From the IMG/VR virus record IMGVR_UViG_3300027863_000004, positions 1 through 52,193 of that record: DNA of 52,193 bases. One strand, given 5' to 3'. Made by a program: the position numbers and the translations under genes. Positions 1 through 9,167 of this stretch are shown here, one piece after another (the first letter of the stretch is position 1; every line of letters begins with the position of its first letter). The notes below the pieces were generated by a model, which saw only the letters and a list, made by a program, of their open reading frames with translations, had not been told where the DNA came from and did no database searches. Source of the stretch: a virus (lineage: Duplodnaviria > Caudoviricetes).

Positions 1-127
1 AACTCCGATGGAATGGTATGACTTTTCTGGTATATTCGGCGGGTGGGTTGATGGTAAAGGTTATCATTTAGCACACGAGGCTTCATATACTGGTCAACCA
101 CCTTTTTACTTTCCTTACAGGTCTTCC
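1..127. repeat. Terminal direct repeat (assembly circularisation overlap), copy 1
   Basis: 1-127 is identical to 52067-52193. The length of 127 matches a common maximum assembler k-mer, and an ORF reads through the junction. Confidence 0.95.
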
Positions 128-1192
128 AGAACTTTTGTGGCGACACTGCGCTATGTGTATTCACGCATGCGCATGCTTGAAGTCAAACAAGGTGAAAACT
201 TCAACTGGCTATGGTTTTCAAAGCTTGGTTCAGCATCATGGGATAGCGCCGATGTAGGTTTCATGCTACCATACACTCAAGGCATGGTCATTGGCTTCTA
301 CCAATCACGGTCACAGCTCTATGTGCTTGTTTCAGACGGCATTTATGTGCTTGATAGTGCTGAAGAGCCATATGTGTTCATTCCACAATTACTTGCATCT
401 GGCATAACGCCAATAAGCATCAAGACTGTGGCATCTTATGAGGATACAGTGTTTGTGTTGTGCCAAGAAGGGATTTACATAATTGCAGGGCGCTCTGCAC
501 AACCATTCTCGCAGGCGCTCAACCCAATCATTCAGCACATGGAAATAAACCGTCATCCAGTGCCACCAAACGAACTTGATACAAATCCACAATATCCACC
601 AGCGCACTGGTGTGCAATGAACCCACGCTTCTTATTTGTGCACCTTGATTTGCCATATGAGGAAAAAGATAGGCTTTATGTATTTCACATGGCATCACAG
701 CAACCACAGCTCACATCATTTGAGCTTCCAAGTGATGGCTTGCTTTATGGTGGTGTTACAGTGCCAACACTTGAGCATGATTTGGTTGTGATTGACAATC
801 ATGGGCTTTATAGGGTGGCGAACATGAAGCAAGTTAACCCAGATGAAGTTCCGCCACCTACCCTATATCGTCTAAAGTATGGGCAAGCCCATAGGATACG
901 GTATCAATCGCGCTGGTGGCACTTTGGCACAACTGCATACAAGCGTTTGATGCGTGTTGCATTTCATGGTAATGTAAAATGTGATAGACCGCTAAGACTT
1001 GTGATTGACTATGCAGTTGAGCATCCAGATGCAGGCTATGTCACAAAAGAGTTCAAAGTGCCACCAGACAAGATGGAAGTTGATGTTGACATTACAGCAA
1101 GGTGGTTTAGGTTCACACTTGAAGGCGAAAATGTCTCGAATAGCGAGTTATTCGCGCTCGTGTTACACTATAAACCGAGAACTATAAGGTGA
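1..1192 (+). CDS. C-terminal part of putative tail nozzle / head-closure protein (P22 gp10 / T7 gp12-like position); gene starts at 51471
   Basis: ORF 8..1192 is in frame with the open frame from ATG 51471, giving about 595 aa. It is beta-rich, has a YQSRWWHFG...KRL...RWFRFTLEG C-terminus typical of podovirus nozzles, and follows the adaptor gene. Confidence 0.65.
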   Translation, partial: TPMEWYDFSGIFGGWVDGKGYHLAHEASYTGQPPFYFPYRSSRTFVATLRYVYSRMRMLEVKQGENFNWLWFSKLGSASWDSADVGFMLPYTQGMVIGFYQSRSQLYVLVSDGIYVLDSAEEPYVFIPQLLASGITPISIKTVASYEDTVFVLCQEGIYIIAGRSAQPFSQALNPIIQHMEINRHPVPPNELDTNPQYPPAHWCAMNPRFLFVHLDLPYEEKDRLYVFHMASQQPQLTSFELPSDGLLYGGVTVPTLEHDLVVIDNHGLYRVANMKQVNPDEVPPPTLYRLKYGQAHRIRYQSRWWHFGTTAYKRLMRVAFHGNVKCDRPLRLVIDYAVEHPDAGYVTKEFKVPPDKMEVDVDITARWFRFTLEGENVSNSELFALVLHYKPRTIR

Positions 1193-1203
1193 GGTGATTT
1201 TAA

Positions 1204-3798
1204 ATGCCTGAAGCGACTACTCAAAATGCACAAGACCAACTTATAAAACTCTTGGGGCAATTGCAATTTCAATTGCCATCACAAGTGCAATCACAATTTC
1301 CTATCGCGTTGCCATTGCAATTGCCCGTGAATGTGTTGCTTCAATTGCAACAAGGACAGCAGGCAGGACAAACAGGACAAACAGAACAAGCACCAACGCC
1401 ACAACAACCCAATTTACAAATGCCAATTGTTGCACCACCAACGATACCTAATTTGCCTGCGCTAACAGAGCCACAACAGTTCATGCCACAACTTATCCCA
1501 CCGACTTACCAAGGACCGAGATGGATACAAGCGCAACCTCAACCATTCACAGGGCAACTTCCATTGACTGGTGTTACGGAAGTTCCAATGATACCTGCTC
1601 TTTCAGGACCGCGCTTTGCACCACCACAAGTTGATTGGAGCAAACTTGGACAACAAGGGCAAGATATTACATCGCTATTGCCACAACTTCTTAGCGCACT
1701 TGGAATGTCAGGGTATGGACAACAATTGGCAGATATAGTTGGAGAAATTACAAGGCAAATGATGGGCATGTATGGCGACATTCTTAACAGGATTTTTGGT
1801 GGAATGACAGGTGGACAACCACCAACAGGAGTTCAACCACCATATGGAACACAACCGCCAGGGACGCAACCACCAACGGGCACTCAACCACCAACTGGAA
1901 CACAACCACCATATGGAACACAGCCACCAACGGGGACGCAACCACCGCGTGGTGGTGGACCGTTTGGTTTTGAAGAAGTGTCACGCGGTGGTGGAGGCGC
2001 AGGTCCAGCGCAACCAACCTATCCACAAGGCTATGGGCAACCACCGATACAGTTGCCACAAAGCCTTCTCAACACTTTGCCACAAGGTGGAATTTGGGGG
2101 GTCAATCCGAACACTGGTGGGTATACTTACACATTGCCTAATGGACAAACTTACGAAATTCGTCCAAATCGTAATGGTTGGATTGAAGTTTGGACACCTG
2201 ATGGTAGGGTATTGACATATCCACCACAGACAAGCGTGCCAGTTCAAACGCCAACTGGTGAGTGGTTGTCACATCCAAGGGACATTGCTCCGCTCGTTGG
2301 AGGGCGAGTTCCACGAGCTACTCCAGAAGATATACTCCGACAACCCCAACAAGTGCAAACACCTGATGGGCGCACGATTACACTTCCACCAGGTGTAACA
2401 TTGCCTCCTAACGGACAGTGGATAGAAGACCCAGAATATGGACAGGCATACAAAGCACCTGATGGCACAACTTACTTCTTCCTACCTGATGGAAGCGTTG
2501 CTATAAGGCGTCCTGATGGTAGCACGCAAATAATTCCACCGTCAACAATAACACCAAGAACGCCTGAAATTGCACCACAGACAGTTGTTCCCGAAACTGG
2601 CACTACACAACCATTTGTAGTTGGTGCGCAGTTTGGACAGCAACAGCGCCCAGAGGAGCTATACCAACGCCTTAAAGATGCAATCTTTCAACATTTATGG
2701 GGCGTGCAAACCGCAGGTGGAACTCCAGACGATGCCTTAACTGGCATATATAGCATCATCGGTGAAACAGTGGGCAAAGAAGTTCCGCAATGGGTGCAAA
2801 ATGAAATACGAGACTTAGTTGGAAGGCTTATAGGTTCTACATTAGAACCAGGCGCGTGGGGTGCATGGACACAAGACATGCAAGGGACTGAAAGCGTAGC
2901 TGGCGAAATTGCGCATCTTGTGCAGACATGGCTTGCTTCTCCACCAGAATGGCAACAACCAGCGCCTACACCGCAAGTTATTCCCACCAATGAGTTTGGT
3001 TTTCCTGTTGGCGTTACTGAAGGTGGTGTTCCTACTGGACAACCACCTACTACACAGCTACCAGAGGTAACACAACCAAGACAAACAACTCCAACTCCTA
3101 CACCAATACAACCTACAGTTCCAACACCGACACCACAAATTGGGATGTCACCATTAGACCAATACTTGCAAACGCGCACTCAATTGGCACAGATTTTGTA
3201 TGGCATAGGTTACACACCAGAGCAAGCAATTAACTTAGCCTCAGGGTTAACTGGATTACTTTCACAGTATGGTGGGTTTTCTGAAGACCCAACCCAAAGA
3301 TGGAATGCTTACTCTTATTTGATTTCACACTTAACACACACTGTGCCGTATGACGAAAGGCATCGTCCTGTATGGGATTACTTCCTAACGCAAATGGGAG
3401 TATTACAACCACAACAACAAACAAGTGCACCTGTGCACTTAGCTAAGGCATCGCTAACAAGAGCATACCAACCACAAACACTCTTATCATACCCACCACA
3501 ACACACACTTCCATACAATGTATCACAACTTACTCCAACTCAAACGCAGTCACAATTGACAAATCTTCTGACACAAATAGGCTATCCATCTAACAGGGCT
3601 ACACAATTAGCATCAACTATCACCAACATGCTTAGGATGTTTGGTGGCTTTAGCCCCAATCCAGTTGACAGGTTTAACGCCTACAACATTTTAGCTGGAC
3701 AGTTAAACTATATCTTGCAAAATGAGCCAATGGATGTTTACCGAGCACTTGCAGACTGGGTAATAAGGCAAACAGGTGCAGGAGGTGCAATAGTGTAG
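1204..3798 (+). CDS. Pro/Gln/Thr/Gly-rich virion-associated protein (possible internal/ejection protein) with internal repeats
   Basis: 864-aa ORF with SD GAGGTG, GTQPP tandem repeats and two duplicated domains, located in the structural operon. Confidence 0.5.
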   Translation: MPEATTQNAQDQLIKLLGQLQFQLPSQVQSQFPIALPLQLPVNVLLQLQQGQQAGQTGQTEQAPTPQQPNLQMPIVAPPTIPNLPALTEPQQFMPQLIPPTYQGPRWIQAQPQPFTGQLPLTGVTEVPMIPALSGPRFAPPQVDWSKLGQQGQDITSLLPQLLSALGMSGYGQQLADIVGEITRQMMGMYGDILNRIFGGMTGGQPPTGVQPPYGTQPPGTQPPTGTQPPTGTQPPYGTQPPTGTQPPRGGGPFGFEEVSRGGGGAGPAQPTYPQGYGQPPIQLPQSLLNTLPQGGIWGVNPNTGGYTYTLPNGQTYEIRPNRNGWIEVWTPDGRVLTYPPQTSVPVQTPTGEWLSHPRDIAPLVGGRVPRATPEDILRQPQQVQTPDGRTITLPPGVTLPPNGQWIEDPEYGQAYKAPDGTTYFFLPDGSVAIRRPDGSTQIIPPSTITPRTPEIAPQTVVPETGTTQPFVVGAQFGQQQRPEELYQRLKDAIFQHLWGVQTAGGTPDDALTGIYSIIGETVGKEVPQWVQNEIRDLVGRLIGSTLEPGAWGAWTQDMQGTESVAGEIAHLVQTWLASPPEWQQPAPTPQVIPTNEFGFPVGVTEGGVPTGQPPTTQLPEVTQPRQTTPTPTPIQPTVPTPTPQIGMSPLDQYLQTRTQLAQILYGIGYTPEQAINLASGLTGLLSQYGGFSEDPTQRWNAYSYLISHLTHTVPYDERHRPVWDYFLTQMGVLQPQQQTSAPVHLAKASLTRAYQPQTLLSYPPQHTLPYNVSQLTPTQTQSQLTNLLTQIGYPSNRATQLASTITNMLRMFGGFSPNPVDRFNAYNILAGQLNYILQNEPMDVYRALADWVIRQTGAGGAIV
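1810..1947 (+). repeat. Coding tandem repeat (G[TVG]QPP[TY])x8
   Basis: GGQPPTGVQPPYGTQPPGTQPPTGTQPPTGTQPPYGTQPPTGTQPP; caaccacca recurs at 15-18 nt spacing. Confidence 0.9.
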
Positions 3799-3799
3799 C

Positions 3800-4405
3800 A
3801 TGCGCATAGATGACCTTCTTTTGCCACAAGCTCACAAGGGTGGTGCAAATATAGGTGTCATAGTGCGCACACTACAATCGTGGGCACAAAATTTGGTAGC
3901 GAAATTAAGGATAGTTGTCCATAAGACCGAGACTACAGGGATATTTGCCAATGGCACAGTTACTGGCATACCACAAGCATGGAGCAATGTCCAAACCTAC
4001 CCTGTCCCAGCGTGGGTTTCAATCGTGGGACAGCGAAGCTGGGACAGCCCTGTAGAGCAAATTCCTTACGACAGGTTTATTCCACTTTATGGGTATATCC
4101 AAGCTCAAAACCCTAACAGCGTAGATTTGACTGTAGATTATAGGCTAACTGTTAAATGGAAAGGGAGCGGAAACAACTTAAGAGATGCTTACTTACAAAA
4201 TGTCGTTTTGCCTGCAAACACAACGAAAATCATTGACATTCCACCAAATGTATGGGTAGTGCTTTTGAGAGGTATTTCATGGTATCTTGCAGAACCTACG
4301 GCGCTTGGTATTAGCTCGTGGGTCAAATACAGGCCGCAGTTACTGGACATCAGTCACGCATTTTATGTCACACTTCTTTTGTTCCAATATCCATTTGTGA
4401 GGTGA
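3800..4405 (+). CDS. Hypothetical structural protein
   Basis: 201-aa ORF tightly packed in the structural operon. Confidence 0.6.
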   Translation: MRIDDLLLPQAHKGGANIGVIVRTLQSWAQNLVAKLRIVVHKTETTGIFANGTVTGIPQAWSNVQTYPVPAWVSIVGQRSWDSPVEQIPYDRFIPLYGYIQAQNPNSVDLTVDYRLTVKWKGSGNNLRDAYLQNVVLPANTTKIIDIPPNVWVVLLRGISWYLAEPTALGISSWVKYRPQLLDISHAFYVTLLLFQYPFVR

Positions 4406-4411
4406 TTATGA

Positions 4412-5665
4412 ATGCCACGAGAGCAAACAGTAATGCCATATGAAAGTGAAGCGCCAGCGATAAGTTTTGAGGCGCGCCCATATTTTCATTGGCTTGCACA
4501 GGGCTTGGCGCAAGTTTTAGGTGAAGCACCGTATTTAGGTGCAGTTGCGCCATCACCACAGGCTATAATGCAACAAGCAGTGCCACTATTTCAATGGTGG
4601 ACAAGGCAAGTTGAAGCACCATCGCCAGAGTTTGCTACTGCGGCGAAGTGGATGTATGAACGCCCTGAGGAGACACAGCTTGTGACATGGGCACTTCAAA
4701 ACTTGCAAGCTTCCACTATGCCAGAGCTATCGCAACTTCAAACTTATGTGCCTGAGGTTATAAGTGCGCTTGGTAGGGGCATAAGGACACCACAATATGA
4801 GGCGCTAAAGGACATTGGAGTTGGTTATGGCGATTACCTAAACAGGATTTCGGTTGCGCTACAAGACATTGCACGAAGATACACTGATGTGCTTACACAA
4901 AAGGCATTGCCATTAGCTGAAGCGCCAACGATTGAGAGTTTACGAGAGACAGACCCACTTGTGAGGGCATTGAGAGGACAATGGGAGCAAACTACACAAG
5001 ATTTGGTGAAGCAACTTAGGCAATCGGCAATTGTGCGTGGCTTAGAGAGGCATGGTGGCACTGGGAGGCTTGAAGAAGAGCTTCTAAGGAGGCGTGGCAC
5101 AGAACTTGATGCTACTTTAGCACAATTACTTGCACAGCGCATAGGGCAACGAGAGAACCTAATGCTACAGGCATGGAATACATTGCAAAATCTTGGGGCA
5201 ACGGCGATGGGTGCATATCAAGCTGCAGCGGGGCTTGCGCCAACTGCTGCACAGCTTGGCATGCAAGCTTACCTTATGCCTTGGCAGGCATACCAACAGC
5301 AACTTGGGCAAGAACTTCAAAGGATGCAACTTGCGGCGCAACTGCCGATGGCACTGGCACAACAACAATTTGCACAACAACAAGCGCTTGGTGGGCTTGG
5401 CTTACAAGCGATGCAAGCCTACCAACAATATCTAAGGAATGCAATGGCAGTTGAGCAGGCGTGGCGTGCACAACAACAACAGAACTTGCTCAACTTGATG
5501 AATTGGCTACAGCAAACACAAGCTACCATGTGGCAACCTGCATTGCAGGCGCTACTTGGGTTGACTGGAGTTAGAGCTGTGTATGGTGTGCCAGCTGCGC
5601 CACCAACACAAGCTCAAACTGCCATTGCACCATTAATCCTATTGGCGTTGGCAGGTGGTTTGTAA
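4412..5665 (+). CDS. Gln/Ala-rich helical protein, putative ejection (DNA pilot) protein
   Basis: 417 aa, Q/A/L-rich, no Cys seen, hydrophobic C-terminus; position is typical of podovirus internal proteins. Confidence 0.5.
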   Translation: MPREQTVMPYESEAPAISFEARPYFHWLAQGLAQVLGEAPYLGAVAPSPQAIMQQAVPLFQWWTRQVEAPSPEFATAAKWMYERPEETQLVTWALQNLQASTMPELSQLQTYVPEVISALGRGIRTPQYEALKDIGVGYGDYLNRISVALQDIARRYTDVLTQKALPLAEAPTIESLRETDPLVRALRGQWEQTTQDLVKQLRQSAIVRGLERHGGTGRLEEELLRRRGTELDATLAQLLAQRIGQRENLMLQAWNTLQNLGATAMGAYQAAAGLAPTAAQLGMQAYLMPWQAYQQQLGQELQRMQLAAQLPMALAQQQFAQQQALGGLGLQAMQAYQQYLRNAMAVEQAWRAQQQQNLLNLMNWLQQTQATMWQPALQALLGLTGVRAVYGVPAAPPTQAQTAIAPLILLALAGGL

Positions 5666-7386
5666 TGCCAAACAAAAGGAAAGTTACAGGATACCTATAC
5701 AACGAGGCAGGAGAGCCACTCTCTAATACAATCATCCTTATCAGGCTATGTCATGGTGTGACAGCGCCACCAAACATCCTTTACAGCAAACTTGGCATTG
5801 TTTCAAAGACTGGCGCAAATGGTTATTTTGAAGTTTACCTTGTGCCAAATGAAGAAACTGATGACCCTAACAGCTATTACGAGATGACTGTGCCATATGT
5901 TGAAGGCGACCTTAAGCTTTACCTTAGAGTGCCATCTGGAACTACAGAGATTGATTTTCGTTCATGTCTCATTTCAAAGCCAACTACACCAAGCGTTGAT
6001 GTCGTAACTGGTGTCGCTGTAGCTTCTCAAGCGCTACTTCATGGCAATGTGTATTTTGAAGCAGGTCAAAATGTGACACTGACACAAGACAATGCACAAA
6101 AGAAAATCGTCATCTCTGCCACTGGTGGTGGTGGCACAACCAATCATAACCTTCTTAGCGCCACACACTCAGACACAGTTGCAGGAACACCAGCCCGTGG
6201 TGACATTATCGTTGCACAGTTACAGGCAGACAATACAGTTAAGTGGCAAAAGAAGGCAATAGGCTCAGCAGGACAATATTTAAGGAGCGATGGGAGTGAT
6301 GTTCAGTGGGCAAACATTCAAGATAGCGACATTCCAAACACAATTGTTAGAACTTCACGAAGGATTAACACGGGCACAGGCTTAACAGGTGGTGGTGACC
6401 TAAGTGCCGATAGGACTATTGAAGTTGTGCCAAATACTACAGTTCAAAAAGTTGAGATTGCAAAAGCGGGCACACTTATTTCCACAAGGAAGCGCATCAA
6501 CTTAATGGAAGGCACAGGGATTAGCATCTCTGTAGCTGATGATGCAACAAATGACAAAACAGATGTCACGATAACCGCAACTGGAAGTGCTGAACCAGGA
6601 CCGCACGCCTTACTTGGTGCATCTCACAATGATACAGTTGCAGGCACACCAAGTAGGGGTGACATCATAGTTGCGCAATTGCAACCTGATAACACAATTA
6701 AGTGGCAAAAGAAAGCAATAGGCTCGGCGGGGCAATACTTACGTAGTAATGGCACAGATGCACAATGGTCAAGCATACAAGATGCTGACATTCCAACAAC
6801 GATTGTAAGGACATCAAGGTGCATTAATACAGGAACAGGGCTAACAGGTGGTGGTGATTTAAGTGCTGATAGAACACTAAGTGTTGTCAATGATACGACT
6901 GTGCAAAAGGTTGAAGTTGAAGCCAATGGGACACTAATTGGCACAAGGAAGCGCATTAACTTAATAGCAGGCACTAATGTCACAATTTCAGCCACTGACG
7001 ATGCAACAAACAACAAAGTCAATGTGACAATTAGTGCCACAGCAAGTGGTGGTGGAGGAACTCCATTACCTACTGTATCGGGTAAATGGACATCGCCAAG
7101 TGCGGGTGCGATTGGGTATCTATGGGCTTACACTCCATCTGTAGACCAAACGATGTATATCTATGCTGCAAGTGTTTCTCTGGTAAATGGCATGGGATGG
7201 GCGGAGATTGGGATTTACCGTAGTGATGGCTATTGGGAATGGACGACAACATCTCAGTTTGCCAAAGGTAGCCCACTTGCGACAATTTCTCTTTCTTCAG
7301 CCTACACTTATTATATTGCCATCCATGACTTAACTGGCATGGGCGGTTTTGAGTATGCAGGCTTTATCACATTTGATATTGTGTGA
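5665..7386 (+). CDS. Tail fibre / receptor-binding protein with a 153-aa internal duplication
   Basis: N-terminal prealbumin-like segment (GYLYNEAGEPL...TGANGYF), two copies of INTGTGLTGGGDLSADRT fibre motifs, and a C-terminal beta domain. Confidence 0.8.
   Translation: MPNKRKVTGYLYNEAGEPLSNTIILIRLCHGVTAPPNILYSKLGIVSKTGANGYFEVYLVPNEETDDPNSYYEMTVPYVEGDLKLYLRVPSGTTEIDFRSCLISKPTTPSVDVVTGVAVASQALLHGNVYFEAGQNVTLTQDNAQKKIVISATGGGGTTNHNLLSATHSDTVAGTPARGDIIVAQLQADNTVKWQKKAIGSAGQYLRSDGSDVQWANIQDSDIPNTIVRTSRRINTGTGLTGGGDLSADRTIEVVPNTTVQKVEIAKAGTLISTRKRINLMEGTGISISVADDATNDKTDVTITATGSAEPGPHALLGASHNDTVAGTPSRGDIIVAQLQPDNTIKWQKKAIGSAGQYLRSNGTDAQWSSIQDADIPTTIVRTSRCINTGTGLTGGGDLSADRTLSVVNDTTVQKVEVEANGTLIGTRKRINLIAGTNVTISATDDATNNKVNVTISATASGGGGTPLPTVSGKWTSPSAGAIGYLWAYTPSVDQTMYIYAASVSLVNGMGWAEIGIYRSDGYWEWTTTSQFAKGSPLATISLSSAYTYYIAIHDLTGMGGFEYAGFITFDIV
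6145..7044 (+). repeat. Tandem 459-nt duplication inside the tail fibre gene
   Basis: HNLLSATHSDTVAGTPARGD... at 6145 and HALLGASHNDTVAGTPSRGD... at 6604. Confidence 0.9.
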
Positions 7387-7397
7387 GGTGATTTATA

Positions 7398-9149
7398 ATG
7401 CCTGACCTTATAAGCACAGTTTTACAACTTGCGCAACCACTACAAGATGATGTTGAAAATTTGTCAGCAGCTGAAGTGCTACGCTATTACTCACAGCCAA
7501 GGCAATATCCAGCGGGCACTTCAGGGCTTTATCAAGTTGTGATGGACTTAGTTCCAATCCTGCTCCTTTCACGCTCGCGAAGGAAACAAAAACAAAAGGA
7601 GCGTGAATGGAAGCGGTTGCAAGAAGAAGCGTCTATTGCGCTTGACATCTACAACAGGTGGCAAAATCTTGGACCGACAGACTATGATGAGTATTTGAAG
7701 CTACAAAGAGAGGCATTAGGTGCAATGGGGCGGTTGTCATTGTCGCCATTGAGGGCATTGGTTGGTGTTGTTTCAACAACGCCACCTGTAGTTAAGGATA
7801 TTCAACTTCGTCAAATTGAGGAAGCGATTAGAACACAAGGTGCAATGCAACTTGATTTATGGAGACAACAACTTGGTCTTGCATTTGAACCAGCTAAAGA
7901 GGCAGCTATGTATGAAGTGAAAAGAAGATATGAACCAGGGTTAGCTGGGGCAATTGAAAGAGAACGCCTGTTTGCAAGAGTTGCTGGTGAAGAAGCTGAG
8001 CAACTTTTGAATGCGGTTAATCGTATTGAAGGTGCTGCAGCATTACTTCCACGAGAAAAAGCTGATGAAATTTTCAAGGTATCGCCGCAGCTTCGTGAGG
8101 CTCTTAAGAGAGGCGACACTGACAGATTTTATAGTCTACTTAGCTCCATTCAAGACCCAGACGCTAAGCGTGCAGCTATTTGGGCTTTAGTGGATGCGTC
8201 ATTTAGCCCTAAGGATGCATGGCTTGGTAACTATGCGAACAATGTCTTGAGATGGGCTGCTGAAGGTATCACAAACGCGCTTGCTTACAATAACTTCCCG
8301 CTGGCATCTTACTATGCTTGGTCTACAGTTGGTGCAATAGCATCTGCAGGTGGACTTGAGACAGCGATGAAGTTTGGCAGCACAGTGCTTAACCTAATTG
8401 AAACACAGGCAAATCAACAAGGCTTGCTACGCAAGGATATCATGGAGCAATCGCGGTGGGCATGGGAAGCCAGTTTCAATATGTGGCGAAGCCAAAGAGA
8501 AGAACTATTCAAGTGGCTTGACTACCAATTTGACATATGGAAAGAGTATTTGGCTCAAGAGAGATGGAACAAGGAATACTTACTCAACACGCGTAAAATG
8601 CTGTGGGATGTATACTTCAAGCTGCAAGACATAGCACATGGTAGAGCAATGGACTATGCTCGTCTTTACTTGGATGCAATTCAAATTCAAGAAGCCATTG
8701 CTAAGACAAGACTTGAAATGAGGAAATTAGCGAATGAAATTGCCCGTGAGAGTTTGAACAACTTACTTAATGTTCTTGCAGAGATTTCTGGACAGTTATC
8801 ATCTCTTGCTCAACTTGCTCAAAGAGGCATACAAGTATCACCGCAGACTGTTAGTTACCTGATGAGTATGAGCCTTCGGCTCATGCAAATGATTGACAAG
8901 ATAATTGGAGGCGCTGGCACTCAACAACCACAGTATCAAGCACCGCCTCCTACACAGCAACCTACTCAGCAAACGCCATACATACAACAACCAGTGCAAC
9001 AGCCAGTGCCACAACAAGCACAGCCAGCTGTTCCTTTGCCACCACCAACTCCTGGGCAACAACTTCCGCCACAACTTCCATCATACAACATTCCAGGATT
9101 GCCACAACCACCATCCTATTTCAATCCGCATAATATGTGGCAACATTAA
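7398..9149 (+). CDS. Helical protein with Pro/Gln tail, putative ejection protein
   Basis: 583 aa, helical/coiled composition, immediately upstream of the giant gene. Confidence 0.5.
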   Translation: MPDLISTVLQLAQPLQDDVENLSAAEVLRYYSQPRQYPAGTSGLYQVVMDLVPILLLSRSRRKQKQKEREWKRLQEEASIALDIYNRWQNLGPTDYDEYLKLQREALGAMGRLSLSPLRALVGVVSTTPPVVKDIQLRQIEEAIRTQGAMQLDLWRQQLGLAFEPAKEAAMYEVKRRYEPGLAGAIERERLFARVAGEEAEQLLNAVNRIEGAAALLPREKADEIFKVSPQLREALKRGDTDRFYSLLSSIQDPDAKRAAIWALVDASFSPKDAWLGNYANNVLRWAAEGITNALAYNNFPLASYYAWSTVGAIASAGGLETAMKFGSTVLNLIETQANQQGLLRKDIMEQSRWAWEASFNMWRSQREELFKWLDYQFDIWKEYLAQERWNKEYLLNTRKMLWDVYFKLQDIAHGRAMDYARLYLDAIQIQEAIAKTRLEMRKLANEIARESLNNLLNVLAEISGQLSSLAQLAQRGIQVSPQTVSYLMSMSLRLMQMIDKIIGGAGTQQPQYQAPPPTQQPTQQTPYIQQPVQQPVPQQAQPAVPLPPPTPGQQLPPQLPSYNIPGLPQPPSYFNPHNMWQH

Positions 9150-9167
9150 TAGTGGGGGTGACTTGGT

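Noticed and set aside
1-127. Biological terminal repeat of the virion DNA
   Set aside because: The length equals a typical assembler k-mer and it falls mid-gene, so it is best explained as circular-assembly overlap.
5665-7386. Diversity-generating retroelement target (TR/VR pair)
   Set aside because: Both repeats are in-frame coding units, their differences are not adenine-specific, and no reverse transcriptase is present.
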